A DNA stretch of 64,000 bases from Mytilus edulis (taxonomy: Eukaryota), in the NCBI RefSeq assembly GCF_963676685.1, contig NC_092353.1:53692001-53756000 (forward strand). Direction: 5' to 3'. Both the position numbers and the translations under genes were made by a program. The stretch's first letter is position 1. Each line of letters starts with the position of its first letter. Positions 11,667 to 24,069 of the stretch are shown piece by piece. Under the pieces are notes generated by a model, which worked only from the letters and a program-made list of their open reading frames with translations, searched no databases and was not told the origin of the DNA.

Positions 11667-14249
11667 GTATGTTATTTTAGCAACATGTAATGTTATAGTA
11701 TATTCCACATTTAGTAATACAGCACATATGGTATGATTGAAAACACAAAAAATAACAACTCATGCACAAAGGTAAAGACAATTACAGATTATCACAAAGC
11801 CTTCAACAATGAACAAACCCATGTTGTATAGCATGCTATAAAAGACTCAGGTACGACACAATATGACACAATTTTTTCATACTACAACAATAATAGTAGA
11901 CACCAGCCAACAAAAACTGCTGTATAACAGGTCCTTTGAAAAAAATTACAACGTCGTGGTTATTAACAAGGTCATGGCAACAAACAAAACACAACAAAAA
12001 GACGAAGAAATCTACAAAACGTAAAATAGAAATCTATATCTTTTGGCAATTAAAATGTGACACCTTGTTTTATTTCATGTAATATTTGAATGAGTCGCAT
12101 GTCAAAAGACAAGGTGTTGTTGAAATGATTATGTTATCTAATCTCTCTAACCTTGACTTTAATAAACTTTATACAAAGTGAAATTCGAGGAGGTGACAAC
12201 ATAAACTTAATACAAGAGATAACCGATTTGTTTGATAACGAGAACAGAAGAATATTTTGAAATTCTCATAAATGTTGACTTTTGTCGTAAATATGTTGAT
12301 AACTGAGAGAGACTTTAAGGTTAAACTCGTTGATTTTTAAGATATCCATGTTTTCTTTTACTACTGAGTGAATTTACGAGAATAAACAGTAAAGAGATGT
12401 GTGTGTATAGTTTTATAAATACGAACGACTGAAAACCTCGCCACTTTAATCCTTCTTGCTGATTTGTTCAACCATCTCTCGATATATTTGTAAGCAGCAG
12501 ATACCATTTTGAAATCCGACAAAAAATCGCTGCATTCTTATTTTGAAGATTTTCGAAAAAATGTTAACTTTTGATCAATTTCATACAACTCATCTCGAAA
12601 TTTTGATAAAAATTCAAACAGCTCTATTTGAGCGATTATGTTGGTTGACACCGTGTGTGATATGGGATATTTTAATTAGATACGGTAACCTAGATAAATA
12701 GATTTATTTTTCGCGTTCAATGACGAAATTAAAATGTGGGTTGATATTAGCTTTGCAACCGTGATTCATATCGATATCAACCCTGTTAACATATACAGAT
12801 CATTGGCAATGTTCGTACTACCCATACAATTAACTCATTTACTACTAATTACATATTTAAAATGGTTTATATCACGTGCAATACGAAGGCACAGTCTAAC
12901 TATCCCGAGTCATTAGCCTGTAATTCGGTGGTGTGTCTGTTATACGTTTATTTTTATTGTTTGGTTTTTAATCGTGTTTGATTTTTTTGACACTATGACC
13001 TGAATTATCATTGATATTTTCCAATGGCATGCAGTATAAAGCGATTTGGCACCCTTTCATACGTCCACCGTCGATCCGTCCGTTTGTACGACTTGTCGGT
13101 AACTGCATCCTGTAAAGTACAATTAGCTTCAACAAAAATCACAAAAAAAGATACAAATGTTTCAAGTCATTAAAGATCTCCCGGTCCTTTAGAGAGGCCA
13201 CGCTGAATCAAACAGGAAATAAAACTCCCGGCATTCCCGATTGTAACATTTTTATTTTCAAGTGTTATAAACAAAAAAGTTACCAAATATATAAGTTTAT
13301 ATGTATGCTGGCGTTTGTTTTTATAGCAGATCATTGTTTCTGTTGTTCTGTTGTTTCCCTCTTATAGTTATGTGTTTCCCTCTGTTTTTGGTTTAGTGAA
13401 TTGCATTTGTTTTAGTTAAGTCGACTTATGACGATTAAACAGCGATACACTACTATTGCCTCTTTATAACACCACACTACTTGGCCTTTTTATCAAACTG
13501 ATTAAGTTATGTAGATCCAAACCAACAAGTAACACATCAACACACGACAACAACTCGTTAGTTTGATTGACTATGTTATATTTGTACATACATTAGACCG
13601 TTATTGTTTTCGTTTGTATTGTTTTACAGTTGTAATATCGGGGCCTTTTAAAGCTGAATATGCGGCATGGTCTTTATTCATGGTTAAAGGCTGTACGGGT
13701 ACTTTTGTTGCTTTTTCTATGTCATGTGGTCTCTTGTTGAGAGTTGTACTATACAACATCTTCTTTTTTATAGATATTAAAATGCGTACGTATGGCGCGC
13801 CGGTTTTGTATTGATATATTTGTACATGCTAAGTAGCATTCGCTATTATAGCGTTTATATATTTAAAAGTTATTAAGAACGCACATGTATATTTATAGGA
13901 TGCAGGCTTCATTGTAAGGGTGGTGCTCCGTGAATGAAAACTCTCCTGAAAGACTAATGAAAAAGAAGGACTGAAGTCGACGCTTTATTATGATCATGGT
14001 CACCAACACGAATTAGCTGACCAAAGCGATGTATCTTATAAAATCCGCTATGATCCATATTAGAATTAATATTGTGTATGCCAGAGGTGCGTTTTGTCCA
14101 CAACAGATCAACTAGTGACTATTGGATCAAAAAGAAAAACAAGGCAACAAAAAAAGTCAAAGAGCACGGAGGAGACGATTCCGAATGTATTTGTCTCAAT
14201 TAACCACCACCATATTGGCTTAATAAACTAGACTACACAGGCAAATTTT

Positions 14250-14755
14250 GCTCACGTGATTTTCACGTGAATCTCATTTCACGTGAATTTCACATAAATT
14301 TCACGTTAATTTCACGTGAATTTCACATGAATTTCACGTGAAGTGATTTTACGTGAAATTCACGTTAACTTTTTACGTGAATTTCACGTGAAGAGATTTC
14401 ACGTGAAATTCACATTAAATTTTCACGTGAATTTTACGTGAAATTATTTCACATGAATTTCACGTAAAAATTTCATGTGAATTTCACGTGAAAAAATATA
14501 AATGGTGTCTAAGTTATAAAAAATTAACTGAAAATCAAAAATTTTCACAACATCTCATACCTTGTATTATATGTATCATATGTTCCCTGGGAATCTATTT
14601 AATTTTAAAAATTCTAATTTCACGTGAAATTCACGTGAATATTTCACGTGAAATTCATGTGAAAATATTCATGTTATATTTACGTGAAAAATTTCACGTT
14701 AAATTTACGTGAACAATTTCAAATGAAATTAACATGAATCAAAACCCCTGTGAAA
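14250..14755. repeat. Left subterminal array of palindromic ttCACGTGaa units
   Basis: Directly visible, about 11 bp periodicity. Confidence 0.9.
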
Positions 14756-16795
14756 GTTATGTTTCATTTTATCTGAATTAAACCATGAGTTAATAAGACA
14801 AATTTAAATTTATTGAGTTAAATTTATGCAATATGAGAAACAAATTCACCTGAATTTTACACATACTATTATTCATTCCAATTTCCTTTTTGCAAAATTG
14901 AATCATTTCAAAGCTGTTATTCTTTGTGTCTCAAGAAAATGATTAATATTTATCCTCCCTTGATAATGGGTTAGATGCAACTACAAAAACATGTTGGTTT
15001 TGAATTATATTTTCTATCACTGTTTTTATATATATATCTCTAGTAGAGTCATTAAATTGGAATTTTGTATACATGTATGTGTATCTTTTATTTGAATTTC
15101 AAATTCATAGATGCATATATTATATTGATGGACTAATTGATTTACTAGTAATATTACTATAATTATTAATTAGTAAATTTAATTACTTTTACACATCTTA
15201 TGTCTTTACTTTTATACTTTTAAAAAATGTTGAAGGTGACTCCAACTTATGAAATAGATTACTCACTCACAGTAACTGTCATAGATTCTTTACTTCCCAT
15301 AATTGCAAAGAACAAAAGGGTAATATATATATCATTTACTTCCAAACATGAGTTATCTCCCTTTTTGACTGTGCATAAAACTTTTCCTCAAACTAATGAA
15401 TGTCAAGAAAATTTGTGAGCAATTTGGATTGCACATAACTTTAACAGTAGGACATGTGAATAAAAACAGTTAGTATACAGAAAAGAATTTTATCTGTACT
15501 ATACTTTGTTAATAAATGTAAATTTAAATGTTTATAAATTTCTTAAGAGTATATTTAAAGTGCAGTATAAAACTGCTATGCTTTTAAATATCAAAAATGT
15601 TTGATTGACAACATGCAATATAAAAGTGGTGAATGTTAATAACTTGATCCCTCACCCAAATTAAGGAAGTAAAATATTGATCAATATTATATCAGGTATT
15701 ATATGTGTATTGACTAGATAGCAATTTATTTGTTTAAATTGTACACTTTACAAATATTCCATACTGTTTTTTATACTGTAAAAGATTTCTCAATTTTCAT
15801 TAAGAGTTGATGAGTTGTCCGGGTTTGTCAATTAATTGGGAAAATTTAAACTAAAACATGTTAAAAGCTTTATCTTTATTTAGTTTTTATAATTTTTGGT
15901 ATTAAATATTAGGTATATTTTAAGTAGTTTATTTAGTATTGTCCATATTAACTCTGGAAAAAAGTTAATGCAAAATTTTGAGTGTCCCCATTCTTATGGG
16001 AATTGTTTTCCAATCAATGTAGGAAAATAGTTACAGAAAAAAAGGCAAAGTAAATAATTAGTTGCAATAATTGACAGATATGGGTCCAGGATATTGAAAA
16101 AGTGTGAGAAGACTTGTAAAAAGAAAAGGTACCGTGGGAATGTGGTAAATCCCCCCCCTCCCCCTTTTTCTCATAAAATCTGCTTTAGAACTGATTTCAA
16201 ATTTTTAATTATCTTTTTAACTTTATTTATAATGAATAAATTTATGGTCTTTAATATACATAGTGTCTTTAATAGATGGATTAGTAGGCTGTTTATTGTC
16301 TGCTATTTGGACAGGTTGTTGTCTCTTTGACAATTGTTTCCCACTTCCATTCTAAATTTTATGTATGTTATGAAAACTAATTGACTGACAGTAAAATATT
16401 ATTTTAACAGAGTCCCCCCATTTTTTGGGGAAAAAAATTGGTTGCTTATATAGGGAATCAATGAAGCGTGGCTTGGGTGGCCCCCTCTTAGGCAGTCAGT
16501 GGTCCCCCACTTATGAAAATTTCTGGATCTGCCTCTGTATTTGAAAGCTAAATGTGTGGTAATTGAATTGCTAATTTTTAAATAGACAAGGCTGGGTTAT
16601 AATTTTCTCATTGAATTAAAGTTAAACATTTATCTTTATATATATATTATTTTACATAATTAAATCACAGTCATAATCTGTGATTATGCTAACTAATATA
16701 ACAGTCCCTTAGTCATTAATTGAAATTATAGTTAACTATTAAAGTTATTATACTTTATAAATTAAAGGGTTTTAATTTAAGGGTTGTCCATGTGG

Positions 16796-17071
16796 GAGGG
16801 GGAGGACAGGGGTAAGGGAGACAGGGAGAAAGGGGGTAGGAGAAAGGAGAAAGGGGGTAGGAGAAAGGAGAAAGGGGGTGGGAGAAAGGAGAAAAAGTTG
16901 GAGAAAGGAGAAAAAATAAAATATCTCTCCTTTTAAAATTTTTTCTAATATTTCAAGAAAAAATATCTCAAAAGGAGATGTTTTATTCTAATGGGAGAAA
17001 GGAGAACGGGGGTAGGAGAAAAGAGAAGAGGGGTGGGAGAAGGGAGAAGGGTACCCCCTGTCCTCCCCCTC
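16796..17071. mobile_element. 276 bp purine-rich MITE with ~19 bp TIR and 6 bp TSD
   Basis: GAGGGGGAGGACAGGGGTA...TACCCCCTGTCCTCCCCCTC flanked by ATGTGG (16790-95, 17072-77); internal ggagaaaggagaaagggggt repeats. Confidence 0.75.
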
Positions 17072-18340
17072 ATGTGGAGGTGCTCCTTTGTAAGGATGCT
17101 TATAAACGAAATAATTATTTATATGTTCCAAGAATTTGTATAGTATATATCAAAAGAATGGGGATACATTTTTTTAACATGGAGAAATGCTTTGACCATC
17201 AGCAAGATATCCTCCAATCTCTAGTCCGGATCCGGATTCGGATTTTTAAAAACGCTTGAAAGATACAGATTATGACGCGTTTTGAAGAGAAGGACGCAGC
17301 CGATTGTCAACAACAATAATACTTGTTTTAGCTAATTTAACAAGACAACTAATACCAAGGAGCTATGAATATTAATAAATACTCGAGGATATACTACAGG
17401 TAACTCAAACAAATGATTTAATAGTGCAGGAATAAACAGAAATCTGCAATGACTGAATGTTTTCATCTTCGAGTTTGGTACAGTGACTTACATCAAATTA
17501 TACATGTAGTGTCCCTTCGACATGATTCACGTTCGACCAAGCACCTGTTTGCCTATGATCGATTCGCCCTGATTTTTTTTTATATGTTGTCTACTTGCAT
17601 AATGTTTATTATTTGAACAGAGTATGGCAAAGAATGTTGAAAAATTCGGCGAATATGTGTATTGCTGCAAACAAAAAATTATTTTCCCTTTAATTTTGTT
17701 TAAGTACGTACTTTAATATCTTTATTGATATTTGTTTACTGTTACAATTCATGCAGTATTATAACAGAGACATATATAATAAATAAACTGTCTGTTTGTT
17801 GTGAATCCGGGTCCGTTCGCCCTGATTCACGTTTGCCCTGGTATCTGTTCGCCCTGATTCCTGTTCGCCCAGGGTCCATTCGCCCTGATTTTTTTATTTT
17901 TTTCTAATTGTTCTGATTTCATAGTTTTAAGTATTTGAACGAAATATGTTAAAGTTTGTTGAAAAATTGACAGAATATTTATCATGTTTATATTCCCGCA
18001 ATCAATTTATCATTTTCGCTTTGATTTACAGAGTAAAATACTGGAATACAATTTATTTCTCTTTATTGATTACTACGTATACTTTCAGAGTATAATACTA
18101 AATGAACATGTAAACATACATGTTTCATGATTTACAGTTCGTACATCATTGTTTTTATTAATTTCCAGCTATATATTTTATCAAAAACAAAACGTTTGAT
18201 TTTTATTAATAATCCATCAAAAGACTAGTATCACAATAATCAGTGATCCGAATTATTTTGTCATTGAACAATTTTAATGATCCTAAACAAGCCATACACT
18301 TAAATATTTCCCTGTTTCCATAAATTTCAAGAATATATAC

Positions 18341-18648
18341 TAAAGTGTTATTTGGCCTGTCTCGCTGAGCTCTATGGTTACCCGAGGGGTTGATACAAGC
18401 TATGCTTAGTGTAAGAGTGCCCTTACCTTCCTACAAGGTGTCAGTCCCAGCTAACCTCGTCTAGCCCCAGATATCAGGCGCATTGCCTTGCTCGTTCCGT
18501 GGTGAGAGAGCGATGTCATCGAGGAAGAGGCTGGAAGTACCCAACTGTTACGTCATGTCATGTGTCCCTTCGGATCCCTCGGTGATGTACCAGTACCCGT
18601 GTGACAGGTTGGGGAAACCCCCTAGAACTACGGGGCAATTACACTACA
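18341..18648 (-). repeat. 3' LTR (TGTAGT...CTTTA on minus strand)
   Basis: Direct repeat of 24542-24849. Confidence 0.95.
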
Positions 18649-18660
18649 CCCCCCTCCATC
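18649..18660 (-). promoter_or_regulatory. Polypurine tract
   Basis: Minus strand GATGGAGGGGGG immediately precedes the 3' LTR. Confidence 0.85.
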
Positions 18661-19662
18661 TTAAAAAGGAGGAACTACAGTTCCGACAAAAACGACTGTA
18701 TATCTTACTAAAACTCCCAAGGGGAAGACTGGCAACGTCTTTTACTAATTAAACCATGACACAGGGTATCCTAAGTATCCACCCCCCTTAATCCTGGATA
18801 AGGGGAAAATTGACAAAACTTAATATTTCCCAAGGAAAAAAAAAATAATTTAATTACCCATGTAAAAATAAACATATGAAAATCGAGCTCTGAACAGCTA
18901 TCTTATCTATGGAGTACCAAACTCCCAACAATTTACACACCAGAGTTGCCACAGGGTGCCAACCTCAACAGGTTCTTCAGGACAAATAACAGCCGAACTC
19001 CAGGTCGACCATAGCCATATGCTATTCCAACTTATACAGTCCTGGACATGGGTCTCATTACAAGACAATAAACTGCGTGCTCAACACGTCTAAAAACCCT
19101 GACTCTGTGTAATGTTCACATACATATACATGTATCAACTGTTCAGACCTTAACTGACAAAAATCATACTTCAAAATATAAAACTATCTCAATGTCTAAA
19201 TGACAAGTTCATTAATACCGCCCTGAATTTCCAAATGAAACTAACTAACATGTACATGTATATCTTTATACATAATTTACAACCGACTAAATACTATAGG
19301 TCTATAATCCCAAAACTGGGAAGGATGTACATGACCATAAATAATTTGACTCTTTGTCAAAAAAAAAAACCACATATATAGTGCCTCTATATAAGGATGC
19401 ATTTAACTATTTTACTACTTTAATAGTTAGTATCACCAAAATTTACATAATAACAGGGTCATGACACCACTCTTATATATCTGTTTCAACTTTTCAACAT
19501 ATTTGTACACTTTACATGTGAGAGTGTGAAGCAAAAAAAAAAAAAAAAAAAAAACTAATAAAAATCACAGAAAATACAAAACTGGTTCACACTCAACATA
19601 ATTTCAAAGGCGTTAAATCCCAAACTGGGAAAACTGTTCTTTTTTTTTTTTTTACAATTTTA

Positions 19663-22600
19663 TTACTGAAGGCGCCTCACTTCAATGTGAGGACGGTGAC
19701 CTAACAGGTCAAAACATACACTATCTTCTAAGACTGTTCCCTCACAGATCAGTGAAACATTCCCACTTTCAGGGAATCTATCTTTTACTACCTTGTACAG
19801 TTCCGTCACAGAACTTACTCTTGCCATACACTGCAAACCTTCATACTGTATAACCACAAGTGTTGGAACTTGAGGGCTCTGACTCAACTTGAGATGTGAA
19901 GAAGAATGCTCTACCTGGGATTCAGCTAGTTGTGAAATTTGGCGTCCTAGGAGAAGTGCGGTTTCATTCTTTGGAGTATGGTGTGCATTTGTTTCATTGT
20001 CAGCAATATTGGACTGCAATTTTCTCTTTTTGCTAGATGTTTCAGTGTTCAAACTTTCACTCTCATGGTGAATTTCTTCTATTTCGTCCATTACTATGGT
20101 ACGTCCTTCTTGTTCAGACTGAACATTGTCTTCCTCCCCTTCTTTTTGAGGGATTGCTGACTCATCTTGAGCTTTGTTAACAAACACTGGCCAGAAACTG
20201 GCATTCATCTCAGCAAGTTCCTCAGGTTCAGGAGGATTTCTAGGATTGTAGCTAAATCCTTCGGCTACCATATCTTGTTGTTCAGGGCTTAAAAAGTTTA
20301 GAACTGAAGTAAGGACTCTCCAGTTGAGTAAACAGGCAGGGCTGTTTATCGGTCGCAAGCTATATCTGAAATAGTCTGTCCATCCCATCTCTTTACAAAC
20401 TGTACGATGGACTTGAATTTGTATCCCTGTAACATGTGTAGAACGGGGCACAAAAGACTTCTCATTGAGGAAATTCACCAAGTCTTTGGCAGTCACTGTT
20501 TCCTGCCTGGTTAACCATTTTGCTAGGAGCATAACCACATAAGCTCTATGTTGGTGAAATCTTCTGTCCTCCATCAGTCTTTTGGAATGATAGGTCTGAA
20601 AGATATCAGAAAGATGTTCTTCAAAACAATGTCGTTTTACGTCTCTTCTATCGACCACTACTTGGCAGTTCTTTACAGGACATTTACGGTCTGTTCGACT
20701 TTGAACACAAGTCCTCTCCCTTTTTCCACTTTTGGGACAAGTATAAAACCCAAGGCTCTCTCTTGATTCTACCTTGTCAACCCTACTGTCTCTACATTGA
20801 TCAGGCTCAGATCCCTGTGTAGATGTTGAGGCCCTCATGGCTAGGTTAGAATCTACTTGAGGAACGACTGTTTCAAGATGAAATTCAGCATTTTGCCTGC
20901 TGGCTGGGAACCTTTGTGTTGACCCTTCTGTTCTGGGTTTCTTATCTGACGATGAATCTGAAGTGTTCTTTCCATGAACAACGTTGACATTAGGTTCATG
21001 AGTTATATTTTCATCTTCTAGTAAAAGTGACATGTTCCTATTCTGTACAGTTAATGTTAGTTCTCTTATATTCATGACAACTCTATTATGCATGATAAAG
21101 TCACATCCCAGTATCATATCACATGAAACTGGAGCTACATACAGTTGTTGATTGATCTGTATATCTCCAATCTTAAACTTTATAGGACTAGAAAGCCTGC
21201 ATGGCATTGTCATGTTGGTACCAGCACCATGCATAGTAGTCTCCTTGATAACATAGGGCTTAGGCTCCAAAGTGTCAAAAATTGTGTCCTTAAGAATAGT
21301 TACTTCAGAACCTGAATCAACTAGAGCGAGTACTTTCTTTTCCGCAATATATACTTCAACTCTAAAGAGTTTGGCTGATCCTAGTGATCTAACTGTACTG
21401 ATTCCAGATACTACTCCTTCAGATTCATGAGAATCGTCTTTGTTATTCTCATCAAAAGATACTTGTTGAGATGTTGGCTCTTTCTGTACTGACTGTCTTT
21501 CTGTTTTTTGTACATAAAGTTCTGGACAGTCTTTGATATAATGACCTTGCTGGTGACAATTAAAGCATTCATTATTATAATAACCCTGTCTGGTATATCT
21601 CCTGTCCCCAGAGTTATTCCCTCGCCCTCGACCATAATTACCAGTAGGCGAATAATCAGAATACCTGTTGTCTTGATTAGGTGACCTAGAATTAGGACTG
21701 GTTCCATGTTTGACTGATTGTTCCTGAACCAAACTGGTTACTGTTGACATCATTTTCTTTATATGTTCTTCTATGCGAGAGAGACGATTATCCATACTGG
21801 ACTTGATGCTACCTACACCAAGAACTACTGGTGAGTTAACTGACTTCTCTGAAAGAGACTCCTCCTTCTTGCTAGTTTTCTGAATGGCACTGACTGCCTT
21901 CCTAGTGTGCTGACACCATCTAATCATATCCAAGGCTGCATCCATGGACTTTGGTTTAGAGATACAAGCTTCTGTTCCAGCAACAGTATCATTACAACCC
22001 TGACAAAACCTCATGATTGCCTGTTCAGTCATTAGTTGTTCACTGTACCTGCTATAGGCTCTAGTGGCGAGAGTCAACACTCTTTCCGACCACTCCTCCA
22101 AGGTCTCCTTTTCTCCTTGGGCACTTGTCTGGAACTGAACCTGTGAGGTTTCTGGCAATTCTTGATGACCAAATCTCTTATTCATATTGGATACAATATC
22201 AGAAAAACTTGCTGTTTTGTTATTTTCTAGGATTAAGGTGTAATACTCACTGGCTGCATCATCTAGGCACCAGCAGAGCTGTTCCCTTTTTTGTTTATCT
22301 GTCCACTCGGCCATTTTAGCATAACTAGAAAACTTGGTATAAAAGGCTTTCCAGTTGCCCTTCCCATTATAGCGGAGCGTTTTCGGGATCGAGGACAGAA
22401 ATTGTCTTTTCTCTATTTTCTCCTTTTGTCTACTTTCCTGACTGCTTTCAGAACTTTGACCATCTGTGTCAGATTCTGATCGGGAGTCACTAGACATTTT
22501 AGACCTTCTAGGACTTGAACGACTACGGTGTAATGGAAAACTCCTTACACTTCTTAAAGGTGAGAAATCACGCTGTTGATTCTTATGAGGTCTGTTGTAC

Positions 22601-24069
22601 TCAGGTTCTGACCTTCGCTTTGTTCTGGACTGGCGGTATGCTGAAACATTTGACATGTCAGAATCACCTATATATTTATGTCTAGGATCACTTCTTTCTT
22701 GTCTCCCATAGTAATCACTATTATATTCATTCTGTCTTGCTGAAGGTTGGTTGTAATGCAGCTGAGGTGCTCCTGATGGGGGAGGTTGCTGCTGTGTGCC
22801 AGGCATAGGTAACTGAGGCACGTGTAATAGTTGTGACTGACCCAAACTTGGGTACGTTAAACCAGGTATGAATTGATGGTTGTAAGGCATTAAATTTGTT
22901 GGTGCTTGTGGCGGTGGTTCACCTCTAGGAGGTTGATACATAGAAGTTGGGTGACCAATCATCTTATGTTGTTGAACTTCTGGTACAGAACTTGGTGGTT
23001 GAAACCTTGGTTCTGGATAATTTGGTTTTTGATGAACAACTTCACTAACCTGTTGTTGTAGCCGCTGTTGAGGTATAGAAACCGGCGCTGCAGCTAGATG
23101 TTGTTGTTGCACAGGCTGTGCATAGTTAATGACCCCTTGTTGAAGCTGGTCTAGCCGTTGTTGTAGGCATTGTACTTTATGTTGCATTTGCACTCTTTGT
23201 TGACTCTTGTTGACTTCCAGTCGGTGAAGACTATTGAAGCCATGTTGATATTGGTCGACATAGTGGTGCTCATGTTGTACACTTGGTGAAAAGTGAACAT
23301 GGTCAGATGTAGGTGTATGTAAGAACCTTGGTTGTTGGTCATAATCAGGGCTTTTATATCTTGGCGGAGTCTGTTGCACCTCTTGTTGATGGTTGCAATC
23401 TTCCTGTTGATCTACTATAGGGTTTTGAATATGCCAGTTCTGGCTAAGCGGTATGAACATTCTGTCATATGGGACATCACCGTCCTGTTGACTGTCTGGT
23501 TGAGGGTGTGCAACCATGTTGATCCTTGGTGGTTGAGTATGATACTCATTGCTACAAACACTCAGGTCTGAGTTCAAACTCTCTGAAGAAAGGCTCTCCT
23601 GTGATGGTTCACAATGTAACTGCTCTAACATAGTTAAATGTTCAGAACGACTTTGTATTTGTTCCAGGCGATGTTTGTCCCATTCAAGACTGGAGCAGGC
23701 TCCATCCTCTGAGCAAGATGATTCTACCTCATCTTGAGTACCTGTATCCTTAAAACTTGAACAAGGATACTCCTCTGGCTCCATATCAACAATCACATGA
23801 TCAGGCTTTGGAGGCAACATACTCACAGAACAGGCTCCGTCACGGACAGCTTCCCTGAGCTCAGCTCTTGGTCTTCGTGAAAAATCAATTATACCCAGAA
23901 TACCTTCTGTCACTCTCAAGTGTGGAATTTGGAATAAAACATCTCTATCAATGTGGATACCTTTTGCCCTAATATCCATGATCCTTCCTGCTATGGCCTC
24001 CCCTATGCCAGGTATGCAGGTAAGTATTACCTTAGGACAGGTGTTAATATTGATCATGTACCCCTGCAT
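19663..24069 (-). CDS. gag-pro: 1468 aa polyprotein: ComEA-like helix-hairpin-helix, Q/P- and RS-rich linker, Gag capsid-like, CCHC knuckle, retropepsin, C2H2-like finger plus unknown domain, C-terminal ubiquitin-like segment
   Basis: ININTC..ILTCIPGIGEAIAGRIMDIR (HhH); YNGKGNWKAFYTKF...W (Gag); CFNCHQQGHYIKDC; ALVDSGSEVTIL...MILGCDF; CPVKNC-x11-HCFEEH; VSLICEGTVLED. No YxDD, RNase H or DDE region. Confidence 0.9.
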   Translation of the reverse strand: MQGYMININTCPKVILTCIPGIGEAIAGRIMDIRAKGIHIDRDVLFQIPHLRVTEGILGIIDFSRRPRAELREAVRDGACSVSMLPPKPDHVIVDMEPEEYPCSSFKDTGTQDEVESSCSEDGACSSLEWDKHRLEQIQSRSEHLTMLEQLHCEPSQESLSSESLNSDLSVCSNEYHTQPPRINMVAHPQPDSQQDGDVPYDRMFIPLSQNWHIQNPIVDQQEDCNHQQEVQQTPPRYKSPDYDQQPRFLHTPTSDHVHFSPSVQHEHHYVDQYQHGFNSLHRLEVNKSQQRVQMQHKVQCLQQRLDQLQQGVINYAQPVQQQHLAAAPVSIPQQRLQQQVSEVVHQKPNYPEPRFQPPSSVPEVQQHKMIGHPTSMYQPPRGEPPPQAPTNLMPYNHQFIPGLTYPSLGQSQLLHVPQLPMPGTQQQPPPSGAPQLHYNQPSARQNEYNSDYYGRQERSDPRHKYIGDSDMSNVSAYRQSRTKRRSEPEYNRPHKNQQRDFSPLRSVRSFPLHRSRSSPRRSKMSSDSRSESDTDGQSSESSQESRQKEKIEKRQFLSSIPKTLRYNGKGNWKAFYTKFSSYAKMAEWTDKQKREQLCWCLDDAASEYYTLILENNKTASFSDIVSNMNKRFGHQELPETSQVQFQTSAQGEKETLEEWSERVLTLATRAYSRYSEQLMTEQAIMRFCQGCNDTVAGTEACISKPKSMDAALDMIRWCQHTRKAVSAIQKTSKKEESLSEKSVNSPVVLGVGSIKSSMDNRLSRIEEHIKKMMSTVTSLVQEQSVKHGTSPNSRSPNQDNRYSDYSPTGNYGRGRGNNSGDRRYTRQGYYNNECFNCHQQGHYIKDCPELYVQKTERQSVQKEPTSQQVSFDENNKDDSHESEGVVSGISTVRSLGSAKLFRVEVYIAEKKVLALVDSGSEVTILKDTIFDTLEPKPYVIKETTMHGAGTNMTMPCRLSSPIKFKIGDIQINQQLYVAPVSCDMILGCDFIMHNRVVMNIRELTLTVQNRNMSLLLEDENITHEPNVNVVHGKNTSDSSSDKKPRTEGSTQRFPASRQNAEFHLETVVPQVDSNLAMRASTSTQGSEPDQCRDSRVDKVESRESLGFYTCPKSGKRERTCVQSRTDRKCPVKNCQVVVDRRDVKRHCFEEHLSDIFQTYHSKRLMEDRRFHQHRAYVVMLLAKWLTRQETVTAKDLVNFLNEKSFVPRSTHVTGIQIQVHRTVCKEMGWTDYFRYSLRPINSPACLLNWRVLTSVLNFLSPEQQDMVAEGFSYNPRNPPEPEELAEMNASFWPVFVNKAQDESAIPQKEGEEDNVQSEQEGRTIVMDEIEEIHHESESLNTETSSKKRKLQSNIADNETNAHHTPKNETALLLGRQISQLAESQVEHSSSHLKLSQSPQVPTLVVIQYEGLQCMARVSSVTELYKVVKDRFPESGNVSLICEGTVLEDSVCFDLLGHRPHIEVRRLQ

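Noticed and set aside
13899-13933. Alternative last exon for the 10460 pseudogene (ttatag|GATGCAGG)
   Set aside because: In phase it gives only GCRLHCKGGAP* with no anchor; 34827 is the better candidate, though this one is not formally excluded.
18483-18752. 89 aa and 62 aa ORFs (also 24684-24872)
   Set aside because: Antisense frames inside the two LTRs with non-ATG starts.
18649-19662. Hidden pol or env in the 1 kb region between the ORF and the 3' LTR
   Set aside because: No minus-strand ORF of 60 aa or more, AT-rich with homopolymer runs, and too short for RT plus integrase.
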